IMG/VR virus record: IMGVR_UViG_3300046408_000007
Location: 1-45,540 of that record
DNA: 45,540 bases
Source of the DNA: a virus
Lineage: Duplodnaviria; Caudoviricetes
Strand: one strand, 5' to 3'
Notes under the pieces: generated by a model
The model's input: the letters and a program-made list of their open reading frames with translations, nothing else
The model's database searches: none
Told to the model about the DNA's origin: nothing
Program-made: the position numbers and the translations under genes
Shown: positions 1-7,423 of the stretch, in pieces
Position numbering within the stretch: position 1 is the first letter of the stretch
Layout: each line of letters starts with the position of its first letter

Positions 1-6
1 CTACTA

Positions 7-381
7 ATGGCAGCACTAACGCTCAGGCTCGATGAGGTAGTTTATGACCTACTTGACATCATTGAGGAAAAGGGTGGTGACTATACATATACGCAGTTTT
101 GCGCCGGAATCTGTCAGTACTTTCACGACGAGGAGCCCGGATGTATTGTAGGCCATTTACTCGCCAAGCACGGAATTACTCAAGCATTTCTTGAGTCCAA
201 GGACGGCCCAAATGTCTTTGAGCTGAATGCCAGCGATGTTACTGAGCTGGTAGACCGCGATGTCTTGGGCGTTGATAACAAAACTCGGGCCTTTCTTTTT
301 AATCTACAAAGCAAGCAGGACAAAGGTGTTACTTGGGGTGAGGCAATGAAGTTCGCAATTGACAGGCTAGAGGAGGTTTGA
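7..381 (+). CDS. Hypothetical phage protein (low-GC block)
   Basis: 124-aa ORF with PGCIVGHLL and LQSKQDKGVTWGEA patterns reminiscent of actinophage hypotheticals; codon usage unlike the rest of the window. Confidence 0.7.
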   Translation: MAALTLRLDEVVYDLLDIIEEKGGDYTYTQFCAGICQYFHDEEPGCIVGHLLAKHGITQAFLESKDGPNVFELNASDVTELVDRDVLGVDNKTRAFLFNLQSKQDKGVTWGEAMKFAIDRLEEV

Positions 382-421
382 GCCTACCGAGGGCTGGGGA
401 CACAAAGCCCAAGGAGGAATC

Positions 422-694
422 ATGATTATTTATGACGGGATTGAAGAAATCCCCCACAGGTGTTCAGTGCCCCACCCGGATGTTGCCGGGGGTTATATCT
501 ACCTTTCACACGGCAGTGTAAAGGTTGGACCAAAGGCCATTTATCAATGTAATGAGTGCGGTCGATGCTGGCGGCTAAAGCTTAGATATAGCGGCGTCAG
601 CGGTTCGCCTTACGACGGTAAGTGGGTCTCTGTTAACTGGTACAACTTTCGGCGCCGTCTTACGATTGCACGCTACGGGAAGGACAAGTCATGA
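422..694 (+). CDS. Hypothetical Cys-containing protein (low-GC block)
   Basis: Strong RBS AAGGAGG upstream; CxxC motif; ATGA overlap with the next ORF. Confidence 0.7.
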   Translation: MIIYDGIEEIPHRCSVPHPDVAGGYIYLSHGSVKVGPKAIYQCNECGRCWRLKLRYSGVSGSPYDGKWVSVNWYNFRRRLTIARYGKDKS

Positions 695-1167
695 CTGCTC
701 TGTTTCATTTCCTAGACCTTGTGCTTTTGGTCTTCTTCTTGATGATGAGTGGATACCTATTCCACGAAGGAAGCCTCAAGAGGGCGCGCCGCCAGGAGAT
801 TGCTGAGGAAGCTCGCCTACGTGAGGCGGCTATGGTCAACGCTCAGTTGAACGCCGAACACGAGCGAATGCTCGCGGCGCAGGAGGCTGCGGATAAGCAC
901 CGGCTCATGGATACCCTTGTTAAGTCCCTTGAGGAAAATCCAGAGAACGCCACGCAAGTGCTTTTAGCTCTAAAGTCTAAGGACTTAGAGAAGCAGATTG
1001 TGTCTTGGGAGGACCACACAAATAAGGCTCTCCTAGCTGATATGAGGATGGTTGAACCTACCCCCTCTGAGTATGGTACTACCTGGAAAGTACCGAGGCT
1101 AAAGGATAAGCCCACGCGGAATGATGCCTTGGATCTGGTCCAAGAGGAAGGAGTCCGCCGTGGCTGA
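691..1167 (+). CDS. Hypothetical membrane-anchored coiled-coil protein (low-GC block)
   Basis: N-terminal hydrophobic helix then a charged helical region; last codons (VRRG) lie in the high-GC boundary motif. Confidence 0.65.
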   Translation: MTALFHFLDLVLLVFFLMMSGYLFHEGSLKRARRQEIAEEARLREAAMVNAQLNAEHERMLAAQEAADKHRLMDTLVKSLEENPENATQVLLALKSKDLEKQIVSWEDHTNKALLADMRMVEPTPSEYGTTWKVPRLKDKPTRNDALDLVQEEGVRRG

Positions 1168-1384
1168 CGAACTGACCGCCGAGAAGCTCGCCGAGGCGAT
1201 CCGCCCGCAGCGTGGCGAGGTGTGGCTGATCCGCACGCCGCTGTACGGACTTGAGGTTGGACGGGTACTCAGCGCCGACGACCCGGGGTGGTTCGACGTG
1301 ATCGGCACGGACGTAGGAGCTGACGCCACCCCGGTCCGCCGCCTGCTGGCCGCAGGCTGGGACAAGGAGCCCACCGATGACTGA
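1160..1384 (+). CDS. Small accessory protein, paralogue of 4355-4600
   Basis: GTG at 1160 after AAGGAG; shares GEVWLIRTP-YGL-VGR and RRLLAAGWD with 4355-4600. Confidence 0.75.
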   Translation: MADELTAEKLAEAIRPQRGEVWLIRTPLYGLEVGRVLSADDPGWFDVIGTDVGADATPVRRLLAAGWDKEPTDD

Positions 1385-1733
1385 GCCACTGACCGTCGAG
1401 AAGCTGGCCGATGCGCTGGCGCACTGGCCGATCGGACACGGCTACTACAGCAGCGGCGTCAGTAGCGACGAGGCGCAAGACATGGCCGAGGCCGTGTGGC
1501 TGCTGGTGCGGGAGGCGCTGGACGCCGAACGGCTCGCCGCCACCGCCGACACGCTGCGCTGCCACTTCGGCTCGACCATCGACTGGGACGCCACCGACGA
1601 CGCGGCCCTGCGGGACATGAGCCCCTCCGGAGTCCGCGCGGCCGAGTTCTGCCCGGTCTGCGGGGAGACCGTCTGCCACAACTGCTGCCCGCTCGCCCCG
1701 ATCCGCAACCGGCAGGAGCCCACCGATGACTGA
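1377..1733 (+). CDS. Small accessory protein with C-terminal Cys cluster
   Basis: RBS AAGGAG; CPVCGETVCHNCCP; last ~15 codons shared with 45133-45450. Confidence 0.75.
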   Translation: MTEPLTVEKLADALAHWPIGHGYYSSGVSSDEAQDMAEAVWLLVREALDAERLAATADTLRCHFGSTIDWDATDDAALRDMSPSGVRAAEFCPVCGETVCHNCCPLAPIRNRQEPTDD

Positions 1734-1823
1734 CCTGACGCCCTACCGTCCCCGCCCCGCAGCCCAGCCCGACCGGGCGCCCACCCCGCATCGCCCGGAG
1801 CCCCGCCGCCAGCGGGTGTGGCA
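1684..1823 (+). repeat. 140-bp direct repeat, copy 1
   Basis: Aligns to 45401-45540 with 5 mismatches; the last 94 bp are identical. Confidence 0.97.
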
Positions 1824-2154
1824 GGGATACGCCGACCCCCGTCCTCCGCGCGCCAGCCGGGCGATGCGCGAGGACGACTGGGCCTCCGAGCCGACATACA
1901 GCGCCGGCGGGGCGTCTCCGGCCCGCCGGTACTACGCCGCCAGCGAGCCGTTGGAGCCGTGGCCGCTGGCCGAGTGGCTGGTGCAGCACCTCATCCCGTT
2001 CGCGAAGAAGGCCGCCCGGTGGGCGGGCCGTCAGGTGTGGCGGGCTGCATGCTGGTCGTGGCCTGTGGTCTGCAGGCTGGCCGGACGGGTGCGCCGTGCC
2101 GCGATCGAGGCGCCCCGCAGGCCGCAACTCGGGCGGGGGCCCACCGATGGCTGA
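1726..2154 (+). CDS. Hypothetical protein
   Basis: ATG inside the boundary motif; 8-nt overlaps at both ends. Confidence 0.65.
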   Translation: MTDLTPYRPRPAAQPDRAPTPHRPEPRRQRVWQGYADPRPPRASRAMREDDWASEPTYSAGGASPARRYYAASEPLEPWPLAEWLVQHLIPFAKKAARWAGRQVWRAACWSWPVVCRLAGRVRRAAIEAPRRPQLGRGPTDG

Positions 2155-2476
2155 GCGCGCCGACACCTTCGACGCGTTCAGCGCGCTACACGAAGACCTC
2201 TCGCAGGCGCACCACGGCCTGTCCGACCAGCAGTCGCTCGACACACAGCGTTCAGCGACGATCGCCCGGGGGCTGCTCATCGAAGCGGAGCACCGCGGGA
2301 TGCCCGCCCCTGACAGTTGGCGGGTCCTCGACGACGAGTGGGGTGGAATCGGCCTGCTGTGGCGTGGCTACGAGCTGCGTTTCCGCCCCTACGGCGCCAC
2401 CCGCGAGAACGTCCAGAACGCGATCTCCGGCCTCACCGCGTACCTCAGCCGCGTGCTCGACAGCCAGAACGCCTGA
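2147..2476 (+). CDS. Hypothetical protein upstream of traB
   Basis: ATG at 2147 in the boundary motif; GC3-rich codons. Confidence 0.7.
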   Translation: MAERADTFDAFSALHEDLSQAHHGLSDQQSLDTQRSATIARGLLIEAEHRGMPAPDSWRVLDDEWGGIGLLWRGYELRFRPYGATRENVQNAISGLTAYLSRVLDSQNA

Positions 2477-2488
2477 GGAGGCCAAGAC

Positions 2489-4279
2489 GTGACCACCACC
2501 CAGCACTTCCGCGTCCCGTTCCAGGGCCGCCCGGTCGCGCCCGCCCCCGTCGCCTGGACCGCCAGGATCATCCGCGCGCTGGGGCGGCTATACGCCCGCA
2601 CCCCGCACGGCCTGTGGCGCCTGCTCCGGCCGCTGCTGCGTTGGGTCGCGGACATCGACGGCCGGCCACCCAAGATCCGCCGCGGCATCGAAGACCCTGA
2701 AGGCGCCGAAGCCGCAGCCCGCAGGCTCGCCAAGAAGGACCACCTCGAAAGTCTCTTCCGTCGTGCCGCCCTCGCCGCCGTCGTGCTCCTGGCCGCCGCG
2801 GGCGCCGGGCTGCTGGTCGACATCAAGCTCGGGCCGTGGCGCGCCCTCGGCATCGCGGCGCTGCTGCTCGCCGGTCTCGGCTGGGCCGGGCGCCGTACCG
2901 ACACCCCCGTCCTCGACCTGCCGCCCCGCGCGCCCGACGTCCCGGCGCTCACCCCTGACCTCGTCCTCGAGGCGCTCGCCGCAGTCGGCGCCCCCGACCC
3001 TCGACTCATCGGCCCGGTGCTCCGCACCTCCGTCGGCTGGCAGGTCGACGTGAACCTGGGCGCCGCTGCCCGCACCGTCATCGCCAAGCGCGAGGATCTC
3101 GCCGGGCACCTCGGCCGCCCGGCGCCGTGCGTCCTGCCGGAGTCGCTGCCCGACAGCCCGTTCTGGCTCCGGCTGCACGTCCGCCAAGAGGCGGCCACCA
3201 CCGGCCAGCCGTGGCCGATCCCCGACCGGCCCGACCTCACCCGGCCGCAGCCCATCGGCGTCGACCTCGCCACCGGCCACCAGCGCACCGCCCACCTCGA
3301 CCAGCACGCCGTCATCGGCGCGCAGACCCGCAACGGCAAAACCATGCTCGCCCTCGGCCTCGCCGGCACCGAACTCGCCGATCCCGACACCGACCTGGTC
3401 GTCATCGACTGCAAAGGCATCGGCGACTGGTCACCTGTCCGCCCCCTGGCCAGCACCTACCTGATCGGCCACGGTGACCAGGCCATCCAGGCCGCCCGCG
3501 ACACCCTGGCCAGCCTCCGGCAGGAGATGGCCGTGCGCATCGATGCTGTCCACGACGGCCACGCCGCCCCTGGCCAGCTGCGGCGCCTCGCGCTGTACGT
3601 CGACGAGTGCCACCTGCTGTTCGCGCACCCGACGTACGGGCAGGAGTTCATCCGGCAGTTCGACGTGCTCATGTCCAACAGCCTCGCCGTGCGGATCTAC
3701 GTCCGCCTCGCCACCCAGCAGCCCGACCGCGACACCCTGCCGCAGCGCGTCGCCGGGCACGCCGGGCTGCGGATCGCCGGCCGTGTCCCCACCCACACCG
3801 TCAACGACGCCGTCCTCGGCCCCGGCAGCTACAGCGCAGGGGTGCGCGCCACCGGCCTCGGCAAGCGCCAGTTCATCGTCGCCGACGGTGGGCAGCCGTT
3901 CACCGTCCGGAGCTACGACCTCGACCCCAACGCCGCCGCGGCCGCCGTCCAGCGCGCCGCAGCCGTCCGGCCGCAGACCGTCGAACCGGAGCCGCAGCGG
4001 ACCCTGCTCGACGACGTCCGCGACATCTGGCCGCAGCAGGAACCGAAAGCGTGGACGGAGACCCTCGCCGCGAACCTCGCCCGCGGCTGGCCCGACCTGT
4101 ACGGCGGGTGGACCGCCACCACGCTCGGCCGGGCGCTCGTCGCCCACGGCGTCCCCACCGACACCACCCGCGTCGGCTACGCCCCAGGCACCAAGCGGGG
4201 CGTCCTGCTCGCCGACGTGAAAGCGCAACAGGCAGCGCAACACAGGGGCAACACGGGCGCCTACGCCGCAACACGGTGA
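2489..4279 (+). CDS. traB: TraB-like FtsK/SpoIIIE DNA translocase of actinomycete plasmid/AICE type
   Basis: RBS GAGGAGG; two TM helices; Walker A VIGAQTRNGKT; Walker B LALYVDECH; LATQQP motif; C-terminal LLDDV...W.ETL...L....PDLYGGW winged-helix-type tail. Confidence 0.85.
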   Translation: MTTTQHFRVPFQGRPVAPAPVAWTARIIRALGRLYARTPHGLWRLLRPLLRWVADIDGRPPKIRRGIEDPEGAEAAARRLAKKDHLESLFRRAALAAVVLLAAAGAGLLVDIKLGPWRALGIAALLLAGLGWAGRRTDTPVLDLPPRAPDVPALTPDLVLEALAAVGAPDPRLIGPVLRTSVGWQVDVNLGAAARTVIAKREDLAGHLGRPAPCVLPESLPDSPFWLRLHVRQEAATTGQPWPIPDRPDLTRPQPIGVDLATGHQRTAHLDQHAVIGAQTRNGKTMLALGLAGTELADPDTDLVVIDCKGIGDWSPVRPLASTYLIGHGDQAIQAARDTLASLRQEMAVRIDAVHDGHAAPGQLRRLALYVDECHLLFAHPTYGQEFIRQFDVLMSNSLAVRIYVRLATQQPDRDTLPQRVAGHAGLRIAGRVPTHTVNDAVLGPGSYSAGVRATGLGKRQFIVADGGQPFTVRSYDLDPNAAAAAVQRAAAVRPQTVEPEPQRTLLDDVRDIWPQQEPKAWTETLAANLARGWPDLYGGWTATTLGRALVAHGVPTDTTRVGYAPGTKRGVLLADVKAQQAAQHRGNTGAYAATR

Positions 4280-4323
4280 GCCCATGTTGCTGACGATGTT
4301 GCGCCCCTGACCTGCGATGTTGC
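4225..4323. repeat. clt-like repeat array at the 3' end of traB
   Basis: GCAACA at 4225, 4237, 4248 and 4268, then inverted TGTTGC at 4285, 4297 and 4318. Confidence 0.7.
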
Positions 4324-4354
4324 ACCAGACCAGGCCTACGAAAGGAACACGGCG

Positions 4355-4600
4355 ATGGGCGTTGATGTGAGCGACACAGAGCTCGTACCTCACGTCGCCG
4401 AGCCCGAGGTGCTCCCAGCGCAGCCGCAGCAGCCCGGTGAGGTCTGGCTGATCCGCACGCCATACGGCCTCGATGTCGGACGCTTCCTGCGGGATGAGAC
4501 CAACAACGGCTGGGACACCCTGGGTGACGAGCGTGGCTGGTACGCACCGGAGGTGCAACCCATCCGGCGCCTGCTGGCCGCTGGATGGGACGACGAATGA
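4355..4600 (+). CDS. Small accessory protein, paralogue of 1160-1384
   Basis: Shared motifs with 1160-1384; ATGA overlap with the next ORF. Confidence 0.7.
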   Translation: MGVDVSDTELVPHVAEPEVLPAQPQQPGEVWLIRTPYGLDVGRFLRDETNNGWDTLGDERGWYAPEVQPIRRLLAAGWDDE

Positions 4601-4707
4601 CCACCGCCACCAAGCCGGAGCGTCACGGCCTCAACGCCATGCTCGCCGTCGCCGGCCTCGCCGCCGCCAGCGTCAGCTGGGCCCACGTCGCCCACTGGAC
4701 CCCGTAG
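4597..4707 (+). pseudogene. Truncated copy of the Spd-like gene 5183-5851
   Basis: MTTATKPERHGLNAMLAVAGLAAASVSWAHVAHWTP* matches the first 35 aa of 5183-5851 and then stops. Confidence 0.8.
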
Positions 4708-4728
4708 CACCCCGACGAGAGGAAGCAC

Positions 4729-5019
4729 ATGATGGAGACCACCGCTCCGCTCGAAGACCCGGACTACTCCCCGCTGCATCCACCCGTCGACGGCAACATC
4801 CCGGACGTCGTCGCCAAGTGGGGACCACGGTCGCAGCTTCGGTGGTTCGACCGGTACGCCAGCCAGCTCAAGCCGCAGAAGATCTCCCGCTGGAACGAGT
4901 TCTACTGCTCCGTGGAGGGCCACCGCGGCGAGTGCTGCTCATCTTGCCTGCAAGACAAGCTGGTCTACGACTACCTGCCTGGCGTCTGCTGCTGCCTCGC
5001 TGAGATGAATGACGAATGA
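4729..5019 (+). CDS. Hypothetical Cys-rich protein
   Basis: RBS GAGGA; C...H...CCSSC...CCC; coupled to the next ORF. Confidence 0.7.
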   Translation: MMETTAPLEDPDYSPLHPPVDGNIPDVVAKWGPRSQLRWFDRYASQLKPQKISRWNEFYCSVEGHRGECCSSCLQDKLVYDYLPGVCCCLAEMNDE

Positions 5020-5186
5020 CCGCCACCCGCCCGGAGCGCGCCGCGCTCGCCGTCATGCTCACCGGCACCGGCGGCATCGACATGGTCGTCAACTGGCAGC
5101 ACGGGTGGCTGCTCGCCGTCATCCCCAGCCTTGGCGCTGCAGTCGCCACCCGACTGGTGTCCACGCGCAAGGCGGGCGAGCAATGA
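5016..5186 (+). CDS. Small two-TM membrane protein (possibly Spd-like)
   Basis: Not in the ORF track (56 aa, MTATRPERAALAVML...GEQ); ATGA overlaps at both ends; hydrophobic. Confidence 0.65.
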   Translation: MTATRPERAALAVMLTGTGGIDMVVNWQHGWLLAVIPSLGAAVATRLVSTRKAGEQ

Positions 5187-5851
5187 CGACCGCCACGAAG
5201 CCTGAGCGGTACGGCCTGAACACCATCCTCGCGGGCGTCTACCTCGCCGCCGCCGCTGTCAGCTGGACCCACGTCGCCCACTGGACCATGGACACGCTCC
5301 ACGTCGGCCCGTGGCAGGGCTACACCAACAGCGCCGTCAGCGAACTCGTGCCCCTCGCCAGCTGCCTCGTCATCCGTGCCAAGCGCCGCACCGGCCCCCG
5401 CTACCCCTTCGGCCCGATCGCCACCCTCGCCGCGTTCGGCCTGTTCAGCCTCATGGCACAGGTCGCCGAGGTGCCGGCCACCTGGCAGGCCTGGCTCCTC
5501 GCTGCCCTGCCCTGCCTCGGCGACGCCGCCGTCATCAAGCTGGTGCTGTCCATGCCCACCAGCCAGGCCACCGAGCACGTGGCCACCGTGGCCAGCACCG
5601 AGCTGGCCACTGCACAGCCAGACCTGACCATCGACCTGACCACCACCCCGCCCACCGCACACCACACTGGCCACCTGGCCGCCGTGCCACCCCGGAGGCC
5701 CGCCCGCAGCTTCGACGTGGCCAGGCTGCACACCCTGCTCGCCGAACAGCCACGCATCAGCCAAGTACAGGCCGCGCGCATCCTCGACGCATCACGCACC
5801 ACCATCCGCAAGCACTGGCCAGCCAAGGACATGGAGACCGTGACCGCATGA
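5183..5851 (+). CDS. Spd/DUF2637-like membrane protein with C-terminal HTH
   Basis: Four hydrophobic segments (AAAAVSWTHV, FSLMAQVA, WLLAALP), a Pro/Thr linker, and HTH ISQVQAARILDASRTTIRKHW. Confidence 0.7.
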   Translation: MTTATKPERYGLNTILAGVYLAAAAVSWTHVAHWTMDTLHVGPWQGYTNSAVSELVPLASCLVIRAKRRTGPRYPFGPIATLAAFGLFSLMAQVAEVPATWQAWLLAALPCLGDAAVIKLVLSMPTSQATEHVATVASTELATAQPDLTIDLTTTPPTAHHTGHLAAVPPRRPARSFDVARLHTLLAEQPRISQVQAARILDASRTTIRKHWPAKDMETVTA

Positions 5852-6093
5852 GTGAGCCGGCTAGCACCATGAGCCAGACCGTGCACCTGGAGAGACACCC
5901 AGTGACCCCGAGCTCGGCGTTCTGGCTAATGAAACCGTGGGTGTGGGTCTGGACCAATGCGCTAGAGGGTCGCTCCCTCAGTGGGAGCGCGTGGACGCGG
6001 CGGGGCGCGATCCGGAGTAGCCGTCGTGCGCTCCGCAAGGACGTCAAGCGCGAGCAGAGGCGCATCAAGGAGAAGGTCCAGGTGGACCTGTGA
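5848..6093 (+). CDS. Hypothetical basic protein
   Basis: ATGA overlap with the previous gene; RBS GGAG. Confidence 0.55.
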   Translation: MSEPASTMSQTVHLERHPVTPSSAFWLMKPWVWVWTNALEGRSLSGSAWTRRGAIRSSRRALRKDVKREQRRIKEKVQVDL

Positions 6094-6107
6094 CCTCGGC
6101 CTGAAGT

Positions 6108-6123
6108 TCACCCGAACGGATGA
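6108..6123. promoter_or_regulatory. BldM-like palindrome TCACCCGAACGGATGA
   Basis: 15/16 identical to the perfect palindrome at 34386-34401. Confidence 0.55.
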
Positions 6124-6136
6124 CCACAGAGCGTAG

Positions 6137-6204
6137 TTGACAGACGCCAACGTGCTACGCTCGCCGCGTAGCGCGAGAGGCATCGGACAGATGCCCCGCG
6201 CTAC
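6137..6204 (+). promoter_or_regulatory. Putative late promoter followed by a stem-loop
   Basis: TTGACA at 6137 and extended -10 TGC-TACGCT at 6153-6161 (spacing only 13 bp); hairpin GTAGCGCG/GGCATC...GATGCC/CGCGCTAC at 6168-6204. Confidence 0.45.
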
Positions 6205-6212
6205 AGCCACGT

Positions 6213-6620
6213 TCACCCAGGCTGCGTCACCGTGATCGACCAGCTGCAGCCCGGCGCGAACACCGTCACGAAGAACTCCGCAGCCCCCGGGATCGAACGC
6301 GTACCGCTGTCAGCCGGACCGAGCTCCGGGATCGCCGGGTCGATGCCGCCACCCCTGCGCTGAACCAGCCCATCGAATGGCTTGCTCACACCAAGCGCAC
6401 GGGCCTTCGAGCAATCAGACGACCACGTCAGTGTTGACGGCCCAGTCGGCGTGAACACACCCGTCGACCCTGATGTCGTACCCGAAGCGCTCATCACAAC
6501 CGCAGACGGCGACGGCGAAGGCGAAGCGGTCACCCTCGCTGCCGGAGCAGCCTTCACGGCGCCACTGCAGCCGGCCAGCAGCACCACCACCGGGACCGCA
6601 ACCGCCGCGAGTCTGCGCAT
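6213..6620 (-). CDS. Lipoprotein (moron-like)
   Basis: Signal peptide with lipobox LLAG-C, an SPSP linker and a beta-rich domain; opposite strand to its neighbours. Confidence 0.75.
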   Translation of the reverse strand: MRRLAAVAVPVVVLLAGCSGAVKAAPAARVTASPSPSPSAVVMSASGTTSGSTGVFTPTGPSTLTWSSDCSKARALGVSKPFDGLVQRRGGGIDPAIPELGPADSGTRSIPGAAEFFVTVFAPGCSWSITVTQPG

Positions 6621-6669
6621 AGCGGCCAGTGTCCACCCGCCGCATCCGCCACGTCAGGGGATCGCCAAC

Positions 6670-7152
6670 ATGACGCGATCGCGTTCATGGAGTGCCCAGC
6701 AACCGCAATCCCTGTTCGACCACATCGCCAAGACCCTCACAGTCACCACAGAGGGCGGCGTACCGGATGTGTCCGACCTCCCGTCCGACCTCATCGAGCA
6801 GGCCGGCGAGCCGTACATGCGGCGCTACTATCTGCTCGGCAGCAGCCCCCAGGTCCCGGGCTCCAAGGCGCGGTTCCATCAGATCCTCGCGTCGGACCTA
6901 GCCGACCTACACGACCACCCGTGGGACTTCGTCTCAGTCATCCTCAGCGGCTCTTACGTCGAGACGACCCCGACATCCGAGCAGGAGTTCGGGCCCGGCT
7001 CAGTCCTGGTCCGAACCGCAGAGCAGTTGCACCGGCTAAGCCTGCCGAACGGACCGGTCTGGACGTTCATCATGGTCGGTCCCGCGCGCCGCCGTTGGGG
7101 ATTCGCCACAGATGACGGCTGGGTCCACTGGAGCGAGTACCTCAAGAGGTGA
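6670..7152 (+). CDS. Cupin-fold protein
   Basis: PYMRRYYL, LHDHPWDFVSVILSGSYVE and LHRL cupin motifs; start position uncertain. Confidence 0.75.
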   Translation: MTRSRSWSAQQPQSLFDHIAKTLTVTTEGGVPDVSDLPSDLIEQAGEPYMRRYYLLGSSPQVPGSKARFHQILASDLADLHDHPWDFVSVILSGSYVETTPTSEQEFGPGSVLVRTAEQLHRLSLPNGPVWTFIMVGPARRRWGFATDDGWVHWSEYLKR

Positions 7153-7159
7153 TCGTCTG

Positions 7160-7423
7160 ATGCCGTGGTCGACCAGCAGGCCGAAGACATCCCACTACGG
7201 CGCAGCACACGCGAAGGCACGCAGGGAGTTCATCGCCAGGCATAAGCCCTGGCACATCTGCGGCTGGTGCGGCGAGCAACTCGGACCCGCCAGCGGCGAC
7301 CTGCACCTCGCACACACACCTGACCGCCAGCACTATGTAGGCCTGTGGCACGCAGCCTGCAACCTGCAAGAGGCAGCCAAGCGAGGCCGGGCGATGCAAG
7401 ACGCGAGCACCCTGCGGTGGTAG
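7160..7423 (+). CDS. HNH endonuclease (packaging-associated)
   Basis: CGWCG...LHLAH...HAACN; located upstream of the terminase. Confidence 0.75.
   Translation: MPWSTSRPKTSHYGAAHAKARREFIARHKPWHICGWCGEQLGPASGDLHLAHTPDRQHYVGLWHAACNLQEAAKRGRAMQDASTLRW

Noticed and set aside
1364-2154. CRISPR array or integron attC interpretation of the boundary repeats
   Set aside because: The spacers are whole genes of variable length, the repeats are not palindromic, and there is no cas gene or integron integrase.
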